NCBI GenBank assembly: GCA_045587465.1
Contig: JAZNCJ010000002.1
Coordinates: forward strand, 4,945-68,944
DNA length: 64,000 bases
Reading direction: 5' to 3'
Origin: Christensenellaceae bacterium
GTDB lineage: Bacteria; Bacillota; Clostridia; Christensenellales; Borkfalkiaceae
The notes under the pieces: generated by a model
Database searches by the model: none
What the model was told of the DNA's origin: nothing
Seen by the model: only the letters and a program-made list of their open reading frames with translations
Part shown: piece after piece, positions 9,641 through 19,459 of the stretch
Layout of the letters: every line of letters starts with the position of its first letter
Numbering within the stretch: the first letter of the stretch is position 1
Made by a program: the position numbers and the translations under genes

Positions 9641-9698
9641 TAGTTTACACCATAATGAATAAAATAACTTGTTTTTTAAAATATTAAGTTTTACTGCC

Positions 9699-9742
9699 AA
9701 ACAAGAGCACCCGTGTGGGTGCTCTTGTTTTATTTTTGTTTT
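9699..9742 (+). terminator. strong hairpin with plus-strand T-run (weaker on minus)
   Basis: AACAAGAGCACCC-gtgt-GGGTGCTCTTGTT followed by TTATTTTTGTTTT. Confidence 0.6.
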
Positions 9743-9805
9743 ATAGATGGATACTCGTCCGCTTACGCTACCGAGCCCTTGTGCGTCTAAACCACAAAAA
9801 TTGTT

Positions 9806-9840
9806 ATAAAAAAAGAGCAAGGTGTTTATTACTTGCTCTT
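9806..9840 (-). terminator. intrinsic terminator of the four-helix-bundle gene (overlaps its stop codon)
   Basis: Minus strand AAGAGCAAG-taataaacac-CTTGCTCTT followed by TTTTTTT. Confidence 0.65.
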
Positions 9841-10176
9841 TAAAGTTTTTATTGAACTAATTAATAAAATTTTAATTTTTATAACTTTATTATGTAATGT
9901 TTCAAAAATTGAGTTTTCAATAAGATTAGATTTGCTAAGAATATTTAGCCAGTTTTCCGTTTCGTTTGCTTCTTTTAACGCTATTTCAAATTTAGAAATC
10001 ATATCCAAACGGCTTTGTGGATAGTTTGCTTCGGCAATATTTGCGCTTATGCTTGTACCACTTCTTTTTATTTGGTCTGCCAAAGAATGTTCTTTTATAT
10101 TTTTTAATGTATTTGCTAAGTCAATTATATTTACAGCAAACTCTTGTGATAAATTTAGTAATTTATTTTCTTTCAT
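9829..10176 (-). CDS. four-helix-bundle protein (23S rRNA intervening-sequence protein family)
   Basis: 115 aa, all-helical. It contains SISANIAEANYPQSRLDMISKFEIALKEANETENWL, characteristic of the S23-IVS / Avd-like family. Confidence 0.75.
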   Translation of the reverse strand: MKENKLLNLSQEFAVNIIDLANTLKNIKEHSLADQIKRSGTSISANIAEANYPQSRLDMISKFEIALKEANETENWLNILSKSNLIENSIFETLHNKVIKIKILLISSIKTLKSK

Positions 10177-10257
10177 ATAACTATTATATCATTTGGAAAT
10201 TAAAAAATCAAACTTTTTTTTACAATTCGAACGCAGTGAGTTATAATGTGAGCAAAA

Positions 10258-10366
10258 CGAACTATAACGTGCCATTTATGGCATTATAATTCAATTTCTT
10301 TTAACAAATAAAAAATTCGCTTTCGCTCGAATGATAGTCACTAAAGTGACATAATAATCAATTTCT
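10258..10366. repeat. two related ~40-nt units: CGAA-leader, perfect palindrome, conserved tail ATwATAAT(T)CAATTTCT
   Basis: Unit A is 10258-10299 (palindrome TGCCAT-tt-ATGGCA at 10270-10283). Unit B is 10328-10366 (palindrome GTCAC-taaa-GTGAC at 10337-10350). The flanks align while the stems differ but stay self-complementary. Confidence 0.55.
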
Positions 10367-10380
10367 GGCGAATTTGATAT

Positions 10381-10412
10381 AAAAAAAGAACACAAAGATT
10401 GTGTTCTTTTTT
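10381..10412 (-). terminator. intrinsic terminator directly after tRNA-Gln
   Basis: AGAACAC-n7-GTGTTCT, flanked by A-run and T-run (bidirectional shape). Confidence 0.75.
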
Positions 10413-10488
10413 TGGCAGGGGTAGATGGATTCGAACCAACGAAGTGACGGAGTCAGAGTCCGTTGCCTTACCGCTTGGCGATACCCCT
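10413..10488 (-). tRNA. tRNA-Gln (anticodon CUG), CCA encoded
   Basis: Sense strand AGGGGTATCGCCAAGCGGTAAGGCAACGGACTCTGACTCCGTCACTTCGTTGGTTCGAATCCATCTACCCCTGCCA. Anticodon stem ACGGA/TCCGT, loop CTCTGAC, T-loop TTCGAAT. It closely resembles Firmicute tRNA-Gln. Confidence 0.85.
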
Positions 10489-10502
10489 ATCTCGCTTTTA
10501 AT

Positions 10503-10531
10503 ATTCTATCAAAAAACATATTCTTTTTCAA
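10503..10531 (-). promoter_or_regulatory. sigma-A type promoter for tRNA-Gln
   Basis: Minus strand TTGAAA, 17 nt, TAGAAT, about 15 nt upstream of the mature 5' end. Confidence 0.5.
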
Positions 10532-10553
10532 GCGTTTTGTTAAATTTTTTAAT

Positions 10554-11294
10554 TTATTCTTTTAATAATGCTCTATCAAGCATAACCCCTTCACTTGCTT
10601 TGTATTTTATAAGCCACTCTATATAGTTATCTCTTTCTTCCACGAGCCTTGCTTTGCCTGACGTTATATATTCTACAAGTTCCTTGTTAGTGTTTATTTC
10701 TTCTGGGATATAAATTCCAGCCGTGACTGGCTGACCTGGGTCGTGAAAGTCGGTGCCACTCATTTCGGTTAAGTTGTTTTTTATGCAAAATTCTTTTGCT
10801 GGCACGTTATTGTTTACGTGATGAAAGTGTCCGTTAAAACTTTCTGCGCCGTGCATAAATTTTGGGTTGCCAACCCTTACACCTTGTCTAAAAGGATGAG
10901 TTTGATACATAAATAAGCTATTTGCGTTTGCAATTTTAAAAAGTTGTTCTTGTGTAAATTCCCAAAGGTTAGCGTTATCAAGCAAGAAAGCTTTGTCAAA
11001 ACCGTAAAGCATATATTCTGTTTTATCGCTATTAAGCCTAACTTCAGCGCCATAAAACACTTTCATATCAAACTTTTTTCCCATTTCTATTGCGTCTTCT
11101 ATTAAAGAAAAAAAGTATTTTGCATAGTCTCTTGGATTTTTGTAGCCGTGGCTAATGCACTCTGCATGCGAATAGTGATTTGTGACAACTATGCCACCAT
11201 AGCCGTTGTTTTTATAATGCTCGAATGTTTCTTTCAAGCTACATAATGCGCACCAACTTCCACCTGTGTGTGCGTGCGTTTCAATCTTAATCAT
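10554..11294 (-). CDS. PHP-domain metal-dependent phosphoesterase
   Basis: N-terminal IETHAHTGGS (HxH) plus later H/D-rich motifs (THPF, HFHH, GTDFHD). Confidence 0.7.
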   Translation of the reverse strand: MIKIETHAHTGGSWCALCSLKETFEHYKNNGYGGIVVTNHYSHAECISHGYKNPRDYAKYFFSLIEDAIEMGKKFDMKVFYGAEVRLNSDKTEYMLYGFDKAFLLDNANLWEFTQEQLFKIANANSLFMYQTHPFRQGVRVGNPKFMHGAESFNGHFHHVNNNVPAKEFCIKNNLTEMSGTDFHDPGQPVTAGIYIPEEINTNKELVEYITSGKARLVEERDNYIEWLIKYKASEGVMLDRALLKE

Positions 11295-11878
11295 AAATAT
11301 ATCTCTAAGTCCTTAAAATGTTGTAATTTTATACATTTATTAACTGCCAAATAGAGTGCCGAAGTATCAAATCTTGCATCGTGAAAGGAAGATTTTTCGC
11401 CAAACAGCTGGTCTGATATCTTACTAATTTCGCTATCGCTAATTCCCAAAAACAGGCATAATTCGCTGAGTTTTGGGTATTTATAGTTAGCGCCTGTTTT
11501 TCTTGAAAGCTTGCATATAGGCGTGGCTTTTTTCATAGAGCAAAACTCGTTTTTGATGTAAAAGGTTTGATTTAACCTTTGATATTCTTTTCGCATAAAC
11601 GAAAAGTCAAAACTTGTGTTATGTGCGCATATTAGGTCGGCTTTTTCAAAATCTAGTAGTATTTCATCAAAATGATGCTTAAACTCTTTTCCTAAAGATA
11701 ATTCTTTTAGTTTTTGCACAGAAAAACCGTGTACGGCTAGTGCGCTAGGCTCAACAAAGTCAACGCTAAAAAAGAAGTTTTTTGCCGTTATATTGTCTTT
11801 TGTTTGCATTATATATGAAAGCTGACAAATTTGTCCAGGATATAAACCTGTTGTTTCGGTATCAAAAAAAAGTATCAT
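11291..11878 (-). CDS. DEDDh 3'-5' exonuclease (DnaQ/epsilon-like)
   Basis: ExoI FFDTETTG, ExoII AHNTSFDFSF, ExoIII HDARFD. It overlaps the PHP gene by 4 nt. Confidence 0.85.
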   Translation of the reverse strand: MILFFDTETTGLYPGQICQLSYIMQTKDNITAKNFFFSVDFVEPSALAVHGFSVQKLKELSLGKEFKHHFDEILLDFEKADLICAHNTSFDFSFMRKEYQRLNQTFYIKNEFCSMKKATPICKLSRKTGANYKYPKLSELCLFLGISDSEISKISDQLFGEKSSFHDARFDTSALYLAVNKCIKLQHFKDLEIYL

Positions 11879-11894
11879 AAATAATTATTATATT

Positions 11895-11926
11895 ATAAAG
11901 GGCAAAACGAATTCTCGTCTTGCCCT
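11895..11926 (-). terminator. intrinsic terminator after the lipoprotein gene
   Basis: GGGCAA-n14-TTGCCC with a short U-rich tail on the minus strand. Confidence 0.45.
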
Positions 11927-11936
11927 ACTAAAGTTT

Positions 11937-13814
11937 TTAGTCTTCAACTAAGTCTTTGTAAGCATCTTTATATTTAACAACAACTCTTGAGTTGTTTGCA
12001 TAATCAGCATAAATTTCTTGAGTTGCTGTTTGATAAGCATTTTCTACGTATGTTGATGCAAGTTCATTAAATAAAACGTATAAATAATTATCGGTGTTCT
12101 TATAATCTTTATAGTTTTCTACCATATAATTAAATTCTTCTTCCCACGTTGTTATATCAGCGTTAGAGAACTTGAATTCCTTATTTAAATAACTTTCTAA
12201 AGTAGGATAAGAATATCCACCAAAATATTCCGAGAAGAACATAATATGATAACCATAGTCAGTTGCAACGAGCATAAAGGTCTTTTCATCTTCTTTAATA
12301 AGGTTTCTAGCAACTTCAGCAAATTCTAACATCCACTCTTCTTTTTCAGTTCCGTCAGGTTGTGGCTTAATTGTATAACCTTTATAAGTGTTAAGCGCCG
12401 TATCGCTATCATCTTGAGAGAAAGTGAACATCAATTCTTTAACTCTCTTGTCATAATCATCAGCAATGTCTGTTGCTGTATAAACCTTACGGTCGTTCAC
12501 TTGTGAAACGTCTGCCGAGCCGTTATATAAATATTCGTTGATAATTTCAAGAACTTGGCTTATACTAAACGTCTCAACTTCATCCACTCTATATTTTGCC
12601 CTATAATCATCATTATTTTTTTCTTCATCATTTAGATGTGTGACTTTTCCAAAGAAAGGCAAACTTTGCTCGCCATAAAGTGTATAATCACCTGTAAAAG
12701 CTAGTTCATATCCTTTTAGTGCCGTCGTCGTTTCGCCAAAGTCATACTTTGATTTAATCCAGCTTTCTCTTTGGTCTTTTGCCGTTATACTCTTAAAAAT
12801 TTCAGCTCTATCTGCTCTATAAACGCTGTTTGCATAAACAGGCGTTCCGTTGTCTTTTTTATATTTCTCTTTAAGCTCTGTAAGTTGATTAGTCATTGTT
12901 TCATCAGCTTTTAATAAAATATGATAAACCATACCATAGCCGTTTTGACCACTTAAAACAGGGCTTTCGGCACTTGCATTTGAAAGCACGGCTTCAAACT
13001 CAGAAGTAGATGCATTTTTTTGCTCACCATATAATTCTAAATATTCTTGGTTTATTTTTTCAAAAGTGATAGTCTTGCGAGCTTCTTTTTCTATATCATC
13101 TTGAAATTTACCGATTAGAACATCTTCTTCGTAAACAGTCAAAATCTGATTAAAATATTCGATTGTTTCAATTTTGCCGTATTCATAATCGCCCAAAAGG
13201 TCATTAGCTTTTAACGTATTGATAGTTTTAACGTAAGCGTTATATTTTGGCGTTATAACTTCAGACCAGAAATTCTCTATATAAAGTTCCTTTCTTTCAT
13301 CAGAAATTTCTGAATTAACCGTTGCACCTGTTGGAACAGTTCTAACGTCTCCACTATAAGTGTCACCGACTTTTTCTTCTTCTTTATCCTTTACGTATCC
13401 ATCAATGACTTCTTCAAATTGCAAGTATGCATTATATTTACAGTCAAGGATTTCATCTTCGTCTAAATAAGATTCAAGTTCCCACTTTGTTCCATTAAAA
13501 TCTGCTTTATCTGCAAAATGTTTCATTGCATATTGAACAAGAACTGCATTTTGAATTAAAGATTCTATAACTTCTGAAAAAAGTTCACTACTTGACGTGC
13601 TTGTATAACCACTCTCTACATAGTTGTTGTAAGCAATCACAACCTCTCTTTTAGAAATGGTTTTCATAGGTGCATCGTCTATTTTAATAGTTGCAACAAC
13701 TTGTTTCATATCCCTTTCGGTATTTGTAGTTATAAGTTTGCAACCAAAAAGTGAAGTTAAGCAAAGCACACCCACTAATACCATCGTTGCTATTTTAACG
13801 AAAAACTTTCTCAT
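11937..13814 (-). CDS. large lipoprotein, possibly SurA/PrsA-like foldase-related
   Basis: Lipobox LTSLFGC. The C-terminal part contains ATDYGYHIMFF, reminiscent of parvulin-type PPIase cores. It sits downstream of mfd, as prsA-like genes do in clostridia. The functional call is weak. Confidence 0.4.
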   Translation of the reverse strand: MRKFFVKIATMVLVGVLCLTSLFGCKLITTNTERDMKQVVATIKIDDAPMKTISKREVVIAYNNYVESGYTSTSSSELFSEVIESLIQNAVLVQYAMKHFADKADFNGTKWELESYLDEDEILDCKYNAYLQFEEVIDGYVKDKEEEKVGDTYSGDVRTVPTGATVNSEISDERKELYIENFWSEVITPKYNAYVKTINTLKANDLLGDYEYGKIETIEYFNQILTVYEEDVLIGKFQDDIEKEARKTITFEKINQEYLELYGEQKNASTSEFEAVLSNASAESPVLSGQNGYGMVYHILLKADETMTNQLTELKEKYKKDNGTPVYANSVYRADRAEIFKSITAKDQRESWIKSKYDFGETTTALKGYELAFTGDYTLYGEQSLPFFGKVTHLNDEEKNNDDYRAKYRVDEVETFSISQVLEIINEYLYNGSADVSQVNDRKVYTATDIADDYDKRVKELMFTFSQDDSDTALNTYKGYTIKPQPDGTEKEEWMLEFAEVARNLIKEDEKTFMLVATDYGYHIMFFSEYFGGYSYPTLESYLNKEFKFSNADITTWEEEFNYMVENYKDYKNTDNYLYVLFNELASTYVENAYQTATQEIYADYANNSRVVVKYKDAYKDLVED

Positions 13815-13921
13815 ATATAGTCTCCCAAATTAGTCGTAATAAATGTTATCTAATAAATTATATACTATCTATAAATTTTTTGCAAGTATTTATATAATTT
13901 TTTTGGTGCTTAAATAAAATT

Positions 13922-16900
13922 TTATTGGTTTTGAGTAGCACTACTTAAAAAAGCACGAACTTTTTTTAGCATATCTACGCTGGTTTCCCCATTTCTTAAA
14001 AATTCGATTGCAGGTTCATCTAGCATAGAAATTTTAACGAGGTCACTAAATTCATCTACTGCGTTTTGTAAATTTTCTGATGAAAATATAGAAAAATCGC
14101 TCATTATCAGCTTAGTTTGGTCTTTGCTGATAACTATTTTTTTAACCCCAATCTTTGCACCTAACATTTTTACTACTGCAATGTTTATTAAATTATCAGT
14201 TTCTTCTGGTAAACTTCCATAAGCATCGACGACCATATTTCTAAATTCTCTTTCACTTTCTAGTGAAGATATTTCTGCTATCTCTTTATATGCGTCCATT
14301 TTAGCAACGTTGCTGTCAATATATGAGTCTGGAATAAATGCCGAAAGCCTGACGTCAAGTTCTGGAACAAACTCTTCTTTGCCTGCAATTTCTTCTCTTA
14401 AAAGTTTTGAATATAATTCATATCCGATTTTATCCATATGCCCGTGTTGCTGTGCACCCAAAATATTGCCTGCGCCCCTTATTTCTAAGTCACGCATCGC
14501 AATCTTTATGCCACTGCCCATTTCTGTAAACTCGACTATTGCATTAAGCCTTTCAAAAGCGTTCTGCGATAAGATTTTTTCCCTTTTAAACGTAAAATAT
14601 GCATAGGCTAATCTATCACTTCTTCCAACCCTACCTTTTAATTGATAAAGGGTTGAAAGCCCTAGTCTATCGGCATCAATAACGATGAGTGTGTTGGCTT
14701 TAGGAAGGTCTATGCCGTTTTCTATTATGGTCGTTGATATAAGCACGTCACTTTCGCCACGATAAAACTGCATTATGTTTTGTTCCATAATTTTTTCATC
14801 CATTTGACCATGCACAACAGTCAGTTTTGCATTAGGTAAAAGGTTTTGTATAATTTTTTCAAAATTAAATATGCTCTCTACTCTGTTATACAATACAAAC
14901 GCTTGACCACCACGATTAATCTCTCTTGTCAATGCGTCTTTTATAAGCATATCGGTCTCTTCACACACGTAAGTTTGCACTGGCAAACGCTTTTTTGGTG
15001 GAGTATTGATTGTGCTTATAGACCTTATGCCAGAAAGCGACATATGGAGTGTTCTTGGAATAGGCGTTGCAGTAAGCGTTATAGCATCTATATTGTTCTT
15101 TAACAACTTAATTTTTTCTTTATGCTCAACGCCAAACCTTTGCTCTTCATCAAGCACTAATAGCCCTAAATCCTTAAACTTAATATCCTTGCTGAGTAGC
15201 CTATGAGTGCCGATTATTAAATCTATATCGCCATTTTTAAGGTCGGATATAATTTTATCTTGCTCACGCTTGCTTTTAAATCTATTAAGCACTGCAATCT
15301 TTATGCCAAAATCGCTAAACCTTTGAATTGCAGTATTATAATGTTGCTCAGTAAGAATAGTTGTTGGCGCAAGAAAAGCCACTTGTTTGCCGTCTGCTAT
15401 AGCCCTAAACACTGCCCTAAACGCCACTTCGGTTTTGCCAAACCCAACGTCGCCACAAACAAGCCTATCCATAACTTTGGTGCTTGTCATATCTCTCTTT
15501 ATATCTTGATTTGCAATAATTTGGTCAGGAGTGTCTTCAAAAGGGAATTTGCTTTCAAAAATACTTTCAAGCTCTTCGTCACTATTAAATTTATACCCCT
15601 TTGACTCTTCTCGCTCTTGATAGAGTTTCTTTAAATCGAAGGACATTTTTTTAATGCTTTCTTTAACTCGCTTTTTTACGTTTTCAAAGTCTTTGCCACC
15701 GATTTTTGATAGGCGTGGCTTTTTATCGCTTCCCAAATACCTTGTAAGCACGTCCATTTGCTCAACAGGTATATATAAAACGTCCCCACCATAGTATTCA
15801 ACGGCAACGTAATCTTTTGTTCCTTCGGTTGAACTGATTTTTTTATTGCCTAGCACCCTGCCTATGCCGTGAGTCTCGTGAACGCAATAATCGCCCACTT
15901 CTGGTGCAGAGAAAAAGGTCTGCTTGCTCTTTCTTGTCCTTGAGCCTGTTGCTTTTGCGTAAAGGTTGCCACTGCCTATAATAACTGCCTTTTCTTCGTG
16001 GAAAATAAAGCCTTTATCAAGTTTTTGCAATTTTATATCTACGCCCTGAAGTTTATCCGTTTCTATTGCAGAGGCAATTCCCCTTAAAGAGAGCTCATAA
16101 TTAAACTTGTCTGCCCTTTTTGAGTCACCCGTGCATATGGTTATTGAATATCCAGACTTAAGCCAGTTATCAATATCTGTAAAAACTTCTTTAAAGTCTA
16201 ACTGATAGTCGGCAACCCCTGAGTTATTTGGGTTAATTATTTTAAGTGGATTAAAAAACGGAATAGCAGTTGACAAGGTTTGCATTGCTACAAGCCTGAA
16301 CTTTTTAAGCCTTTCTATAAGACTATCCACGTCCTTTAAATTTTTGTTTGCAAACGAAAAGACTTCGCCACCCTCTAATAGCGACTTAAATCTTTCGCTA
16401 AATTCGGTGTAATTTAAGTTTGCCACTTCGTTTATTAGTTTTGGCTCGTCAAAAACCACCACCGTTTGACTTGGAATTAGGTCAAAAATAGTAGAGCTAT
16501 CACTGGATAAAACCCCAAGCACTTCAAGCCTGTCATAAGCTTTAGTTTCAAGCAAAAGCTCTATGTCGTCAAAGAGTTCTCGCCTTCTTTGTCTTTGATT
16601 TTTATCGCTTAATTCAACTTCTGCTCTAAGTGTTTTTTTAAACTCGTCAAGGTCATCATCAGCAAAAATAAACTCTGTTGATTGCAATATTTTTACGCTG
16701 TCTAAATATCCCAAATTTTGCCTTGTTTCAAGGTCGTATTCCTTAATTGCTTCAACAGTGTCGCCAAAAAAGTCTATGCGATAAGGATTTTTTGCGTTTA
16801 TTGCAAAAACGTCTAAAATATCTCCCCTAACGGCAAAAGTTCCGACTGCTGAAACAGTTTCTACCCTTTGATAACCAAGTTTTATAAGTTGCTTTATAGC

Positions 16901-17323
16901 CTCGCTTTGCTCAATCTCAAAGTCCTTTGATAAGATAAGGTTAAAAAGTTTTTTAGGCACTGTTTGCATAAGCGTCTCTGGCAAAACGATAATAACGTCC
17001 ACCTCACCTATGCTGTCTAATGCACTAATCCTTGCATAGCTACTATCCCTTGAAAAAGCCTTTGTCATTAATAAAAGTTCATCTTTTGGTGGAATAACCA
17101 CAGCGCTTTTTCCTGCAATTTGCTCAAACGCGCTTTTTGCCGATTGAGCTGAAAGTATGTCTTTTGCGACGTATAATATTTTGTCATCTAACAGCGAAGT
17201 TAAGTAATGCTTAAAGCTTTCAGACACGCCAAAAACCGCCAAAGGCATGCCTTGACGGACTGACGAGCAAAATTCGCTTAGCGAATTTTCTCTATTTTTT
17301 AGTGCTAAAAGTTTATTAAGCAT
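13922..17323 (-). CDS. mfd: transcription-repair coupling factor
   Basis: 1133 aa. Contains a CarD/RNAP-interaction region (GDYCVHETHGIG), helicase motifs GDVGFGKTEVA and DEEQRFG, and a TRCF C-terminal domain. Confidence 0.97.
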   Translation of the reverse strand: MLNKLLALKNRENSLSEFCSSVRQGMPLAVFGVSESFKHYLTSLLDDKILYVAKDILSAQSAKSAFEQIAGKSAVVIPPKDELLLMTKAFSRDSSYARISALDSIGEVDVIIVLPETLMQTVPKKLFNLILSKDFEIEQSEAIKQLIKLGYQRVETVSAVGTFAVRGDILDVFAINAKNPYRIDFFGDTVEAIKEYDLETRQNLGYLDSVKILQSTEFIFADDDLDEFKKTLRAEVELSDKNQRQRRRELFDDIELLLETKAYDRLEVLGVLSSDSSTIFDLIPSQTVVVFDEPKLINEVANLNYTEFSERFKSLLEGGEVFSFANKNLKDVDSLIERLKKFRLVAMQTLSTAIPFFNPLKIINPNNSGVADYQLDFKEVFTDIDNWLKSGYSITICTGDSKRADKFNYELSLRGIASAIETDKLQGVDIKLQKLDKGFIFHEEKAVIIGSGNLYAKATGSRTRKSKQTFFSAPEVGDYCVHETHGIGRVLGNKKISSTEGTKDYVAVEYYGGDVLYIPVEQMDVLTRYLGSDKKPRLSKIGGKDFENVKKRVKESIKKMSFDLKKLYQEREESKGYKFNSDEELESIFESKFPFEDTPDQIIANQDIKRDMTSTKVMDRLVCGDVGFGKTEVAFRAVFRAIADGKQVAFLAPTTILTEQHYNTAIQRFSDFGIKIAVLNRFKSKREQDKIISDLKNGDIDLIIGTHRLLSKDIKFKDLGLLVLDEEQRFGVEHKEKIKLLKNNIDAITLTATPIPRTLHMSLSGIRSISTINTPPKKRLPVQTYVCEETDMLIKDALTREINRGGQAFVLYNRVESIFNFEKIIQNLLPNAKLTVVHGQMDEKIMEQNIMQFYRGESDVLISTTIIENGIDLPKANTLIVIDADRLGLSTLYQLKGRVGRSDRLAYAYFTFKREKILSQNAFERLNAIVEFTEMGSGIKIAMRDLEIRGAGNILGAQQHGHMDKIGYELYSKLLREEIAGKEEFVPELDVRLSAFIPDSYIDSNVAKMDAYKEIAEISSLESEREFRNMVVDAYGSLPEETDNLINIAVVKMLGAKIGVKKIVISKDQTKLIMSDFSIFSSENLQNAVDEFSDLVKISMLDEPAIEFLRNGETSVDMLKKVRAFLSSATQNQ

Positions 17324-17346
17324 AATTTACCTAAGCTAAAAAAGGC

Positions 17347-17919
17347 TTACGCCTTTTTGTTATAACTTTGCATTATTTGCTGTATATCTTTTGAATTAGC
17401 AAACTCGTAAAGTGCGTTTGCCGAGTGATTTAAGACCTCTTCAAAAATATGTTTGTCCTTTTCTGAAATTCCAGATAAAACGTAGTTAATAAGTGGAATT
17501 TGGGTTTGCTCTAAAGGCTTAAAGCCAATTCTTATGCGTGGGAAATTACTGTTTCCTAGCTTTAAGATAATGTCTCGCATACCGTTGTGCGTACCAGCCG
17601 AACCATCTTCTCTAATTCTCACTGAGCCAACGCTAATATCATAATCATCATAAGCAACGATTAAGTCTTTAAGGTCTATTTTATAAAATATAACAAGTTC
17701 GCTAACGCTATCGCCACTTAGGTTCATATAAGTTTGGGGCTTTGCAATTATAACCTTTTCCCCTCCACACCTTGTTTCGGCAATAAGTGCCTTGCATTGC
17801 GTTTTATTAAACGAAATGCCAAGCTTAGCGCATAGCTTATCCACACACATAAAACCTAAGTTATGAAAAGTGTTTTTATATTTATCATCTGGGTTGCCAA
17901 GCCCTACGATTAGTTTCAT
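17347..17919 (-). CDS. pth: peptidyl-tRNA hydrolase
   Basis: MKLIVGLGNPDDKYKNTFHNLGF. The start is set at ATG 17919, behind GGAGAA. Confidence 0.95.
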   Translation of the reverse strand: MKLIVGLGNPDDKYKNTFHNLGFMCVDKLCAKLGISFNKTQCKALIAETRCGGEKVIIAKPQTYMNLSGDSVSELVIFYKIDLKDLIVAYDDYDISVGSVRIREDGSAGTHNGMRDIILKLGNSNFPRIRIGFKPLEQTQIPLINYVLSGISEKDKHIFEEVLNHSANALYEFANSKDIQQIMQSYNKKA

Positions 17920-17976
17920 ATAATTCTCCAATAAAAAAGCCGTTTAATCAAAACGGCTTCTTCTTTTAGTAAAAAA

Positions 17977-18927
17977 TTATTCGTAAATTGCTGAAAGCGA
18001 AGAATCCGAATAAATGGATGTGATTGCCTTAGCAATAAGTTTTGCAACTGACAAAACTTTAATCTTTGGATTGCTTTTAACGTTTTCTGGAAGGTCAATC
18101 GTATCTAAAACAACAATTTCTTTGATTGGTGACGCTGTCAATCTTTCCATTGCAGGGCCACTTAAAACGCCGTGTGTACAGCAAGCGTAAACTTCTTTTG
18201 CGCCGTTGTTTACGAGTGCTTGTGCGCCTTGACAAATAGTTCCTGCCGTGTCAATCATATCGTCTAACATCACGCAACATTTATCCTTTACGTCACCAAT
18301 AACGTTCATAACTTCGATAGCATTTGCTTTAGGGCGACGCTTATCAACGATTGCAAGTGATGCGTCTACTCGTGAAGCGAAGTTTCTTGCTCTACCTACA
18401 GAGCCTACGTCTGGTGAAACGACTACCCAGTTTTCGTCCATTCTCTTTTTGAAATATTTTGCCAAAATTGGAGCGCCGTAAAGGTGGTCAACCGGAATAT
18501 CAAAAAAGCCTTGAATTTGCGCTGCGTGAAGGTCCATAGTTAAAACCCTATCAGCGCCAGCACTTGTCAAGATGTCAGCCACAAGTTTTGCTGTGATTGG
18601 GTCTCTTGGACGAGCCTTTCTGTCTTGCCTTGCATAGCCAAAATATGGAATAACTGCTGTGATTCTGCCTGCCGAAGCTCTCTTACAAGCATCAATCATA
18701 ATAAGAAGCTCCATAAGATTGTCGTTAACTGGCATTGACGTTGATTGTATAATAAATACGTCTCTACCTCTAACCGTTTGTGGAAGACTTATACTGATTT
18801 CTCCATCAGAAAACTTTCCAACTTCAGCACTACTAAGTGATAGTCCGAGTTCTGCTGCAACTGCTTCTGCTAAAGGCCTATTAGAGTTGCCAGCCAAAAC
18901 CTCAATTTTGTTGCCGTGTGTAATCAT
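17977..18927 (-). CDS. prs: ribose-phosphate pyrophosphokinase
   Basis: [18 protein letters not shown] and the PRPP-binding loop [12 protein letters not shown]. Confidence 0.97.
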   Translation of the reverse strand: MITHGNKIEVLAGNSNRPLAEAVAAELGLSLSSAEVGKFSDGEISISLPQTVRGRDVFIIQSTSMPVNDNLMELLIMIDACKRASAGRITAVIPYFGYARQDRKARPRDPITAKLVADILTSAGADRVLTMDLHAAQIQGFFDIPVDHLYGAPILAKYFKKRMDENWVVVSPDVGSVGRARNFASRVDASLAIVDKRRPKANAIEVMNVIGDVKDKCCVMLDDMIDTAGTICQGAQALVNNGAKEVYACCTHGVLSGPAMERLTASPIKEIVVLDTIDLPENVKSNPKIKVLSVAKLIAKAITSIYSDSSLSAIYE

Positions 18928-18974
18928 AAATTTTTCTCCTAATGTAACTTTGTGTACATATAGTACCTATCTTA

Positions 18975-19003
18975 ATTCTATTACAAATTTTCAATTTAGT
19001 CAA
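18975..19003 (-). promoter_or_regulatory. sigma-A type promoter of prs
   Basis: Minus strand TTGACT, 17 nt, TAGAAT. Confidence 0.5.
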
Positions 19004-19015
19004 GGCTTTTTCTAA

Positions 19016-19459
19016 TTATCTCTTGCCTTTAAAATAATTTTTTATTATATTTGCGCAAGTTTCTTGCTCTAGCCCACCAACAAACTCTGTTTTATGATTT
19101 AACCCACTATCAGAAAGCACCGAATATTTACTCTCAGCGCACCCACTCTTTTTTTCATAAGCGCCAAAATAAACCTTTTTTATCCTTGCGTTGACTATCG
19201 CCCCAGCGCACATTGCGCAAGGCTCTATGGTCACGTACATCTCTAAGCCGTCGAGCCTCCAACTTTTAAGTTTTTTGCACGCTTTATTAATTGCAAGTAT
19301 TTCGGCGTGAGCAGTTGCAAGTTGGGTTTTTTCCATTTTGTTATGCGCCCTTGCAATCACTTTGCCGTCCTTAACTATAACTGCGCCTATTGGCACTTCG
19401 TCTAACGCTTGTGCTTTTAGCGCTTGTTTTATTGCAAGTTTCATAAATTTTTCTTTCAT
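19016..19459 (-). CDS. tadA: tRNA adenosine(34) deaminase
   Basis: HAEILAI and PCAMCAGA zinc motifs. The start is set at ATG 19459 (MKEKF), forming an ATGA overlap with the upstream gene. The longer track ORF is an upstream read-through of the frame. Confidence 0.9.
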   Translation of the reverse strand: MKEKFMKLAIKQALKAQALDEVPIGAVIVKDGKVIARAHNKMEKTQLATAHAEILAINKACKKLKSWRLDGLEMYVTIEPCAMCAGAIVNARIKKVYFGAYEKKSGCAESKYSVLSDSGLNHKTEFVGGLEQETCANIIKNYFKGKR

